32,000 bases of DNA, taken from NCBI GenBank assembly GCA_963169695.1, contig CAUJDS010000062.1, positions 10,792-42,791 of the forward strand, in the 5' to 3' direction. This DNA comes from Bdellovibrionota bacterium. Its GTDB lineage: Bacteria > Bdellovibrionota > UBA1018 > CAUJDS01. Position 1 is the first letter of the stretch; every line of letters begins with the position of its first letter. The translations under genes were made by a program, and so were the position numbers. The notes beneath the pieces were generated by a model. It saw nothing but the letters and a program-made list of their open reading frames with translations. It made no database searches and was not told the DNA's origin. Positions 16,935 through 24,273 of this stretch are shown piece after piece.

Positions 16935-19796
16935 TCACGGTTTCTTCTTCAAAACCTTAGCCAAACACCTCCGGAAAAACCCGGGTCCTTCCGGTGGAAG
17001 GTAGCGTCTCTTAATAGGCTTGCCCCAATCGTCCAATTGAAAGGCAACCGCTCGCCTAAATTTCCAGGAGCGCAATAAGTCTCTGGTTTCGACCGGAAGA
17101 TCATTCTTCTGCTTCAGAACATCCGCAAGCTGCACAAGTTGGCTGGCTTCCATTCCCCACCGCTCTTTGTACCAACGGTTCTTAGTTTCGGACCATTCCC
17201 TGCGCGCTTCTAGCATTTTCTCCATTTTCGCTTTCAAAACACTGTGAAGGTTTGCCCAGACATCTTCAGGCAAGGTTGGGCGAGCGGTAACGAATTTCAT
17301 TGCGCCACTTTGAACGTCAGTACCGCGATTGTTCAATAAACTGTTGACGACTTTCCAAACGTTGACGGGAGGTTCTGGCATGTTTTTCTTGCTGCTTAAC
17401 TCCTCTAAAACCAACGCTTGAAAGCGGGCCTTACCTCCCACGACATGGACGCTGAAAACACCCCCTTCATCCGCTAGCTGCTGAAAGACCTGCCTCCAAT
17501 ATCCGGGATGGTGACTTGCTTGGGGAATATCCGCCAGTTGAACACGATCTCCCGTTGCCCCCAGAAAATCCCAATAGGCATCATCCCATCGAGCAACGTC
17601 CGATGCATTTGCGCCCTGGACCCGAGGATTGTCTCGAATGCCAATGTCGGGAAGAATATCGGCCAATTTTCCCAAGTTGTTTTGATTTCGGTAGAAAACC
17701 TGCTCAACCGCGATCCAGGTTGATGGCTTCCAGTTCTTTTTTTTCCTCAGCAGGTGCGCCAAAGCAAAAGATTGTACTCTCCTATCAGGATGCGCCAAGA
17801 GACTCTCCAGTTGTAATAGAGTTTCGTCGCCCCACTTGCCCAGGACACCCTTCACTCTTTGCAAGTAGACGGCGTGCTCGCGTTCACGACTTCTATACGT
17901 TTCCGCACCTTCATCCCAAAGTGACAAGCGATCGCCAGGCCCAAAGTCGAGTGCATGTTTCGTCCAAGCTTCCAAAGTAGCGGTAAGAATGAGTTGTTCG
18001 GGAAGGGTCTCCGCCTTTGCGACAAACTCCGGAAGATCCCGTATGAAACCTGCCGATGCGGGAAGGGCACGTTCAGTGACTTGTCGATAGCTCTTGAGAG
18101 TAGGAACTTCCTTTATCAAAGACTCTAAGGAGGAATCTCTTAAGGCTGCCTCCAATGCTTGGATCGCAAACTCGGCATGACTGGAATGATTTAAAGCCTC
18201 GGACAAGAAATTCATTCGCCTCGCCGAGGCACCTCCGCCAAAAATGGCACGAATCGTGGACGGTTTTCTCATGTAACTGCCGAGAAAAGCGTCCGTTACA
18301 TCCACGGTCTGAGTTTTTTCTAGGAGAACACGAAACCGCTCGATATCTTGCGGATCCGTTTCGGGATTGAGAAGGGAAGCCAATGCGCGCGCCACCGACG
18401 CGTGCTCTTCCTTCGACAGAGTTGGATCTTCCAATTGTCGTTCAAAGGTGAAAAACAACGTGTCTAACGTTAAAGGCAGAACTGCACGAATCTGAGCCCT
18501 ATCTTTAAGAACCAGACGACCGTCATAGTTCTTAGCGGCCGACGGCTCCACTTCCAGCGCGATCGCTACATCACCAAAGGATAGTTGATCCGCACCTTTC
18601 GCGCAGTAAAGGCCCGGCCCTAAAACGGCCGTTGAAGATTTACCTTGAATGAACATTGTTCCATTTGAAATCCAAAGTGCCCCATTCGCCATCGACTGAG
18701 CCGCGGCAAGGGAGGTTCGATGAAGAAACACCTCGGCTGCTGCTCCACTTGCAATGGCCTTACCCTCAGGAAGCGGATCAAAAATGCGGTACTTGGCAAC
18801 TCCCGCTTCTTTCGCCAACGTCGTCACTCCATACTCATCTAGGAGTCTGCGAGTGTGAAGAGAACCTCCTGAATAAAGCTGCGCCTTCTCCAGCGCCTCG
18901 ACAATTTTGCCGGAAGCGGTGGTGGCCTTTGCACCATAATACTGAAGTTCCTCATGCCCCGTTTTCAAAAAGGCCAAGGCTTCCTTCAAATGATTTTGCC
19001 GAATGTCTTGCAGAAGCGAGCGAATAGCCGACTGCGAAGTTGCAGACAAATGCATATCCGGATACTCCGAACCGTAGCGCAACCACCGCAATACTTGCTT
19101 GAGTTTGGCGAAAACCGCGTTCTGATTCTTAAATTCCGGATTAAGACGAAAATCCAGTTCTCTTTTCTGAAACTGCTTCACGCCCCACTCGGCGAGGTTC
19201 ATCGGCTTACCGTCCACCTGGGCTTGAAGCTCGGACAAAAACACAAATCCTTGAGGCCCAATAGGAATATTAGAAATCGCTTCAAAGTGCTCAAGCTGTG
19301 GACGAAACCTGGGATCTTTTAAAAAATCTGCCGCAATCTGGATGTCCAAATTTTTAAAGAAAATATTTCCCGGTAGCTCCTTTTGAATACCAGCGATGAC
19401 TTTTGAGTAATCTGGCTTGGACTTAACATTTGATTGGGCATCCTTCGCGATCAACATCAGATCCAAGTCACTTTGAATTCGATGCCAATCAAAGAGATGC
19501 AAGCGAGGTCGGCTCTCTACCCATTGTCGATACGCGTCGACCCCTCCCAATTCGTGCATCTTCTTGCGCATGAAGACCAGGATTTCCCGAGACGTCCCTC
19601 CATAGGTGACAAGGTCTGCGCCGTGTTGTTGAGCCAGAATCCGTGCTGCCCGAATTTCAAGCACAAGGTCTGTGGTCTTACCCGCGAGCTCTCCAAGCTC
19701 CTGGACATTCAGCGAATCAAAGTCGCGCCCAAACGTCCAAGGCGACGCCATCAGCGCTGTAACCAATCCGAGAATGAACACACCCCTACCCCTCAA
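16935..19796 (-). CDS. Large secreted protein of unknown function (about 953 aa)
   Basis: This is an uninterrupted 2.87-kb ORF. The SD AAGGAG (19804-19809) is 7 nt from TTG 19796, whereas the track's GTG 19802 is only 1 nt from the SD. The N-terminus MRGRGVFILGLVTALMASPWTFG is a signal peptide. I recognise no family; motif-level hints are listed in findings. Confidence 0.75.
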   Translation of the reverse strand: MRGRGVFILGLVTALMASPWTFGRDFDSLNVQELGELAGKTTDLVLEIRAARILAQQHGADLVTYGGTSREILVFMRKKMHELGGVDAYRQWVESRPRLHLFDWHRIQSDLDLMLIAKDAQSNVKSKPDYSKVIAGIQKELPGNIFFKNLDIQIAADFLKDPRFRPQLEHFEAISNIPIGPQGFVFLSELQAQVDGKPMNLAEWGVKQFQKRELDFRLNPEFKNQNAVFAKLKQVLRWLRYGSEYPDMHLSATSQSAIRSLLQDIRQNHLKEALAFLKTGHEELQYYGAKATTASGKIVEALEKAQLYSGGSLHTRRLLDEYGVTTLAKEAGVAKYRIFDPLPEGKAIASGAAAEVFLHRTSLAAAQSMANGALWISNGTMFIQGKSSTAVLGPGLYCAKGADQLSFGDVAIALEVEPSAAKNYDGRLVLKDRAQIRAVLPLTLDTLFFTFERQLEDPTLSKEEHASVARALASLLNPETDPQDIERFRVLLEKTQTVDVTDAFLGSYMRKPSTIRAIFGGGASARRMNFLSEALNHSSHAEFAIQALEAALRDSSLESLIKEVPTLKSYRQVTERALPASAGFIRDLPEFVAKAETLPEQLILTATLEAWTKHALDFGPGDRLSLWDEGAETYRSREREHAVYLQRVKGVLGKWGDETLLQLESLLAHPDRRVQSFALAHLLRKKKNWKPSTWIAVEQVFYRNQNNLGKLADILPDIGIRDNPRVQGANASDVARWDDAYWDFLGATGDRVQLADIPQASHHPGYWRQVFQQLADEGGVFSVHVVGGKARFQALVLEELSSKKNMPEPPVNVWKVVNSLLNNRGTDVQSGAMKFVTARPTLPEDVWANLHSVLKAKMEKMLEARREWSETKNRWYKERWGMEASQLVQLADVLKQKNDLPVETRDLLRSWKFRRAVAFQLDDWGKPIKRRYLPPEGPGFFRRCLAKVLKKKP

Positions 19797-19828
19797 GTAC
19801 ACACTCCTTCAGGTGTTTATCGGATACT

Positions 19829-19895
19829 GTACGGACTTACTTGTGGGACTTGATGCGTCATTTTGATGCGACGAGTCCCACAAGTAAGTCCGTAC
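19829..19895. repeat. Repeat copy B: 67-bp palindromic element (perfect 22-bp arms, 23-nt loop)
   Basis: The left arm gtacggacttacttgtgggact (19829-19850) is the exact reverse complement of agtcccacaagtaagtccgtac (19874-19895). The loop tgatgcgtcattttgatgcgacg contains tgatgcg twice. The left arm plus 12 loop nt form the direct repeat of 15257-15290. Confidence 0.9.
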
Positions 19896-19939
19896 CTAAA
19901 CGAGTACCTAAACGAACAAGTAAGTCCGTACCTAAACGA
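19892..19939 (+). repeat. Iteron-like 12-mers GTACCTAAACGA x3, within a 24-nt duplicated block
   Basis: gtacctaaacga occurs at 19892-19903, 19904-19915 and 19928-19939. The 24-mer acaagtaagtccgtacctaaacga occurs at 19880-19903 and 19916-19939. An 11/12 copy (gtacctaaacg) lies at 16919-16929, between the antitoxin stop and the stop of the 953-aa gene. Confidence 0.85.
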
Positions 19940-20101
19940 AATAACCTGAATATCTTATCGTCAGCGACTGTTTATTGGCACTGCGTCTTCCCTGACAGCA
20001 TGAGTGATTTCACTTCATTAGCCACAGTGACCACCGGCCTAGTGTTTGCATACCTCTGCCTGGGGCTTTCAATTTCGCGGAGTCTTAGGGGAATCATATA
20101 G

Positions 20102-21622
20102 ATGCAGCGATACGTCACACGGGCTCAACCATTCTGGCGATTGTTCGTAGTCGCCTTGGCACTAACTACGGGAGCTTGTTCTTCTTATAAGGCTACCTCC
20201 CTCGAGGATGACGCCCTCTTTGTCGAAGGCATGAGTCACTTCAATCGAGGGGACTACGAAAAAGCAATCCTAGCCTTCAATGCCTTATTGGACAAAAATC
20301 CAAAAGCGTCCGATCAGCAGCGTCGTCCGGTGGTAGCAGCGCTGAGCGAGTCCCATGCAGGAGCCTCTCGATTCTCCATTTTGGGCCTTGTAGACCTTCT
20401 GAACTCACTAGCCTCTACCAATCTCAGCTCGGATCCAACCATTAGGAACTATGGGTTGTTGTTTAGAAATCTTATCCATAACCTAAGGACGGGTCTCACA
20501 CTAGTACCCGCGCTTGATGCTCGTCAGGCGTTTCACCTCAATAAAGCAATAGAGCTTTCTGAGTTTCTTTATGAGAACCGCAATGATCCGTTAGGAAAGC
20601 TCAAACTTGGTAGCATCTCATTGTATTCACTCATGGTCCACGCTAAGACTTTCTTAAGATGGCTCGCCGAAACAGAAATTTCGACCGATCGTGCAAGAGA
20701 GCAATTTACGGCGGCGATTCAGCACATTCGTCAACTACAAATTGATTTCTATAGGACTGCCAAGGCTCTTCGCGGAAGTTTTCCTCAAATCGCGAATCCA
20801 GCCGGTGAGTTTGAATCAAAAATATTGCTGGCACTCAATGGACCTTTCAACGTGCCAAATCAAGTCGGCTTCACCTTCCAAAATGAAGCTCAGAACTATA
20901 TTCCGTATTTCATCCCTGCTATTCTCGAACAGACCTTTCGATCCAAGGCTTTTGCAGTAAGGGCTTTGACAGCCGCATACGAAAGCCTTGACCTAGATCA
21001 CGCTCTCCAAAGACCCGAAGAATGGACGATTCAATTCCTTATGGGCGCCTTTTCCTATTCGGATCCCTATGTCTCTAGACAATTGGCTTCAGAACACCAA
21101 GACGACTCGCAGCTGAAGTTGATTGCTGCAATAGACGTACTATTCGATGCCTTTAAGGCTTTTCAATTCAATGACAATACCCGAACTCGCCTTCCCGAAC
21201 TCGAAGAACGCTTTGCTCAATTCCAAATGGCTCTATTCCTTACTTATCAAAAAGCATTGCGCGAGGAACTGAGCGCTGAGTTGAGTCAACCGATAAGCGA
21301 CCGAGCCCCAGCATTTCAAGAAGTCTCCCAACTTACAGTCTACTTGGCAGGAAGAAGCAGAGAGCTTGCCATCTATGAAGTCGGTGATGATTCTCTTATT
21401 TATCTAGAGCGGCAGGTAGCGTTAGTATTTCAGGAACTCAAAAATAGAATCTTTGGTCAAGATCCTCCGGCCAGCACAGGTGGCGTCGGCGGGGTCCGCG
21501 GCGGAATCGAACCTCCAACGGGCGTCCGCGGTGGTGGTGGAGTTGGTGCAGTCAACCCAAACACTCCACCTCCAGGTCCACCGGCAGTCAACCCAAATCG
21601 ACCAGGACTTCGATGGCTCTAA
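20102..21622 (+). CDS. TPR-containing lipoprotein with Gly/Pro-rich repetitive C-terminal tail
   Basis: An SD aggggaa lies 8-9 nt upstream. The signal peptide and lipobox are FVVALALTTGAC. A TPR-like helix pair reads EGMSHFNRGDYEKAILAFNALLDKNP. The tail reads GGVGGVRGGIEPPTGVRGGGGVGAVNPNTPPPGPPAVNPNRPG, with gcagtcaacccaaa repeated at the DNA level. Confidence 0.7.
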   Translation: MQRYVTRAQPFWRLFVVALALTTGACSSYKATSLEDDALFVEGMSHFNRGDYEKAILAFNALLDKNPKASDQQRRPVVAALSESHAGASRFSILGLVDLLNSLASTNLSSDPTIRNYGLLFRNLIHNLRTGLTLVPALDARQAFHLNKAIELSEFLYENRNDPLGKLKLGSISLYSLMVHAKTFLRWLAETEISTDRAREQFTAAIQHIRQLQIDFYRTAKALRGSFPQIANPAGEFESKILLALNGPFNVPNQVGFTFQNEAQNYIPYFIPAILEQTFRSKAFAVRALTAAYESLDLDHALQRPEEWTIQFLMGAFSYSDPYVSRQLASEHQDDSQLKLIAAIDVLFDAFKAFQFNDNTRTRLPELEERFAQFQMALFLTYQKALREELSAELSQPISDRAPAFQEVSQLTVYLAGRSRELAIYEVGDDSLIYLERQVALVFQELKNRIFGQDPPASTGGVGGVRGGIEPPTGVRGGGGVGAVNPNTPPPGPPAVNPNRPGLRWL

Positions 21623-21639
21623 GCAACAGACCTAGGGAC

Positions 21640-22692
21640 TCAAAAGTAGAGGGATAGACCGCCTCCATACTGTCGCGTAGGATACTGTCCAAAGTTATCA
21701 AGTACTCTTTCCATAGTAAAAAAATGGACTTCAATGGGTCTGAGTTTGAAACGAAGAAAAGCGCCAAGCCGATATCGGTCCCAAAGAAACAAGTCCAGAT
21801 TGAACAACTCAGAGAAACCTACCTGAAGCCCAAGCTGAAGGGTCCTATCCCAATCGTAGTTTCCTCCAAAAAAGGGCGCCAGGGATAATTTCAATTTTAA
21901 AGTATCTACGAGTCCCCCACTCCAGAGAACTGCAAGATTCTTACTATGAACGCCTATCCGAGCCTCCCAATAACTTGGACGATTCTGAATCAGCGAGACT
22001 CCTTGCACACTGAAATGAATCGAAGAATGAAGCTCTCGAGTGAGATCAACCGAGGCAAGGGTACCCACTTCAACTACGGGCAAATAGGGAACTTCCTGAA
22101 TCTTCACTATGGGTTGGTTTTCGACGAGGTCGCCGATATCATAAGTTGGAAAAAGCAACCTGCGAGAACCATATGTTATTTTTGGTTTTAGTCGCAACCT
22201 TGGAGTGACCCTGACCCCGTAGGAAGTCGTAAATAAGAAATCATTAAATAGAACTCCTCGAAGTTCAGGGAAAACCGGATTATTTGGCTGAAAGATTGTC
22301 CCAGCATTGACTGAAAAGCTCTGCCAAATCCCGCGGTAGGATCCAGCTATTCCAATACTGGCGTTTGCAACGTAGGGAGTCCCCATATTGCTCTCCAGCT
22401 CTCCACGCACTCTAGTGGAATCCCCACTGTCCGCGGCATTGAATAGCCTAAACAAAGCGCCATGAGAGACAAAGATGGATCGGGACTTGAAGTGTGTACT
22501 CTCAGAGGAAGGCGGTCGATCATGAAAGAGTACCCATTCCTCCAGACTCTCGCTGCTGGATAGGCGCAGGGTGTGTGCCTCAATAAAGTTCAGTCCGTGC
22601 GCGTAGGACAAATCATGGAATAGAATGCTTGCCACGAAGAAAAGGCAGCGCCCTAGCAAAAGCTCCAAACCTAACCGAGTGGAAGAGTGCAC
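21640..22692 (-). CDS. Putative outer-membrane beta-barrel protein
   Basis: The 350-aa protein has a hydrophobic N-terminus and amphipathic strand-like segments throughout. It ends ...YGGGLSLYF with a terminal Phe, an OMP C-terminal signature. I recognise no specific family. Confidence 0.6.
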   Translation of the reverse strand: MHSSTRLGLELLLGRCLFFVASILFHDLSYAHGLNFIEAHTLRLSSSESLEEWVLFHDRPPSSESTHFKSRSIFVSHGALFRLFNAADSGDSTRVRGELESNMGTPYVANASIGIAGSYRGIWQSFSVNAGTIFQPNNPVFPELRGVLFNDFLFTTSYGVRVTPRLRLKPKITYGSRRLLFPTYDIGDLVENQPIVKIQEVPYLPVVEVGTLASVDLTRELHSSIHFSVQGVSLIQNRPSYWEARIGVHSKNLAVLWSGGLVDTLKLKLSLAPFFGGNYDWDRTLQLGLQVGFSELFNLDLFLWDRYRLGAFLRFKLRPIEVHFFTMERVLDNFGQYPTRQYGGGLSLYF

Positions 22693-22807
22693 TTGGCTAC
22701 TGTACTATGAGCACCTTCAACTAAACACTCTGATCTAGTAGCCACAGTCGACTCGGACAAATTCGCGTAGCGCATGGACGACATCTTATGTTATCCGGAG
22801 AGTCACT

Positions 22808-22963
22808 ATGAGCATGACAAGACATAAGAGAGTGGCAGGACTAAAGAAAAAGCGCCAACGCGACAAAGAGCGCGAACGAGGCAAGCTCAACGAGCGACAA
22901 GGTGCAAAAACCTCCCGCAAGCTCAGCAAGAAGACCCGCAAGAAGCGCATGTTCCGAGGTTAA
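22808..22963 (+). CDS. Small, extremely basic protein (51 aa), absent from the ORF track (<60 aa)
   Basis: GGAG at 22797-22800 is followed by a 7-nt spacer and ATG 22808. The product is MSMTRHKRVAGLKKKRQRDKERERGKLNERQGAKTSRKLSKKTRKKRMFRG, with TAA at 22961-22963. About 45% of residues are Lys or Arg. It sits alone in a 288-bp gap between 22692 and 22981. Confidence 0.45.
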   Translation: MSMTRHKRVAGLKKKRQRDKERERGKLNERQGAKTSRKLSKKTRKKRMFRG

Positions 22964-22980
22964 TCGGGCACCTGGCCAGC

Positions 22981-23310
22981 CTAAGCTTTGCTTAGCATTG
23001 CCTTGAGTTCGCCATTTTCATTGAGGTCCGTAAGGATATCGCATCCTCCCACGAACTCTCCGCCAACAAAGACTTGAGGAAACGTTGGCCAATTGGAGAA
23101 CTCTTTGGCCGCTACCCGCATGGTCTCGTCTTCGAGAATGTCCAAATGCGCCAATTGGTCCTTTTGAACGCCCTGAGACTTAAGGATCTCAATGACTTGC
23201 GCCGAAAATCCACACATCGGAAAATCAGGCGAGCCTTTCATAAAAACAACGACAGGCTTGGATTTGATGAGCTGATCATACTTGGTTCTTAGTTCTGCAT
23301 TTTGCGACAT
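22981..23310 (-). CDS. grxD: Monothiol glutaredoxin, Grx4 family (CGFS)
   Basis: VVVFMKGSPDFPMCGFS carries the CGFS active site. WPTFPQVFVGGEFVGGCD is also present. Confidence 0.9.
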   Translation of the reverse strand: MSQNAELRTKYDQLIKSKPVVVFMKGSPDFPMCGFSAQVIEILKSQGVQKDQLAHLDILEDETMRVAAKEFSNWPTFPQVFVGGEFVGGCDILTDLNENGELKAMLSKA

Positions 23311-23334
23311 GGAATCATCCTTCTTTCTATGTTC

Positions 23335-23565
23335 TTACTTGGGGACAGAAGTCTTAAGCGTCAAGGCATGGACTTCTCCGCTTTTAAGCTCGGGGGCCAG
23401 GAGATCAAAGACCATCCTATGTTGCTGAATCATCGGCTTGCCATTAAAGGCCGCGGACACCACCACTGCATGGTAGTGGTCCTCTGTGCCAGTCAAGTCC
23501 TTTACTTCGACGACCGTCCCTGGCGACAGGGCTTCAATTCTGCTTTTAAGTTCCGAGGGTTTCAT
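23335..23565 (-). CDS. bolA: BolA family protein (Grx4 partner)
   Basis: The 76-aa protein has DLTGTEDHYHAVVVSAAFNGKPMIQQHRMV...HALTLKT, fitting the BolA/IbaG fold pattern with its conserved His. It lies directly upstream of grxD on the same strand with a 24-bp gap. Confidence 0.8.
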   Translation of the reverse strand: MKPSELKSRIEALSPGTVVEVKDLTGTEDHYHAVVVSAAFNGKPMIQQHRMVFDLLAPELKSGEVHALTLKTSVPK

Positions 23566-23669
23566 TGACCCTATACCTACCCCAAGTCTCCGCCGAGAGC
23601 CAGGGCGGAGGTCTATTGCACCTAAGCCCTTAATCCTGCTGCACCCCAGTGAAAAGCTAGGACAGGGAC

Positions 23670-23697
23670 TTGCAACCTAACCCGAAAATGATATCAT
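23670..23697 (+). promoter_or_regulatory. Candidate extended -10 promoter giving a leaderless MNT-HEPN mRNA
   Basis: The -35 is TTGCAA (23670-23675), followed by a 16-nt spacer ending in TGa (extended -10 TGn at 23689-23691). The -10 is TATCAT (23692-23697). The predicted TSS is about 23704, the A of the ATG. No SD is present. Confidence 0.5.
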
Positions 23698-23703
23698 AGT
23701 ACT

Positions 23704-24273
23704 ATGTCGCGCCCTTCTGGAAAATTTGTCCTTCGAGTCGAACCCGAAACACACGGATTGCTTCGAGAGGCCGCTGTTAGGGAGAAGGCTTCACTCAACG
23801 AAGTTTGCAATCGACTGATTCAACGCGGCCTAAAGGGTAGTCAGCCCTACGAGCAGGTGTTGTCTTGCGCTCGAGAATTTCTCGACGAGCAATTGCCAGG
23901 GGTCGTGCTCATCGGATCGCAAGCTCGGGGCACTGCGACTGCTCGGTCCGACGTGGACTTTCTTGTCATTGTTGCTCCAGAGGTAAAAATCGACTCTGCT
24001 CTCTATAGACGCTGGGAGCGTTTCAAAAAAGATCTCCCCGAGCAGTATTCCGTCCATTTTGTTCACTCGCCCGATCCAGAAAGGCCTTCCGGCATATGGC
24101 TAGAGGCTGCCCTCGAAGGCCAGATCCTCGTCGATCTGGATGGTATCGGGACCGTACTTCAGAGACTGCGATGTGCGATCGCCTCGGGCGTATTTTGCCG
24201 AAGGCTTTCTCACGGCCAGCCCTATTGGACTCAAAATAGAACAGAAAAGGGAACAAAAGAACGTGCAAAATGA
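23704..24273 (+). CDS. Ribbon-helix-helix (Arc/HicB-like) domain fused to an MNT-type nucleotidyltransferase
   Basis: Residues 1-45, FVLRVEPETHGLLREAAVREKASLNEVCNRLIQRGL, fit the Arc/RHH pattern. The Pol-beta NTase core follows as VVLIGSQARGTATARSDVDFLVIV (GS...DxD). Confidence 0.8.
   Translation: MSRPSGKFVLRVEPETHGLLREAAVREKASLNEVCNRLIQRGLKGSQPYEQVLSCAREFLDEQLPGVVLIGSQARGTATARSDVDFLVIVAPEVKIDSALYRRWERFKKDLPEQYSVHFVHSPDPERPSGIWLEAALEGQILVDLDGIGTVLQRLRCAIASGVFCRRLSHGQPYWTQNRTEKGTKERAK

Noticed and set aside
17516-19322. + strand ORFs of 122-154 aa (17516..17980, 18656..19027, 18954..19322)
   Set aside because: They lie entirely antisense to the uninterrupted 2.87-kb minus-strand ORF. Their composition is low-complexity and Pro/Arg-rich, typical of shadow ORFs.
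19880-19939. CRISPR-like or coding interpretation of the 12-mer/24-mer repeats, including the track ORF 19841..20101
   Set aside because: The repeats are too short, contiguous, and lack unique spacers, so this is not CRISPR. The 86-aa ORF merely translates the repeats (SKSVPKRVPKRTSKSVPKR) and has no start context.
24140-24262. Long form of the HEPN ORF starting at ATG 24140
   Set aside because: It would overlap the NTase gene by 134 nt. The extra residues (MVSGPYFRDCDVRSPRAYFAEGF...) are not HEPN-like. GTG 24263, with an 11-nt overlap, fits coupled TA-type gene pairs.
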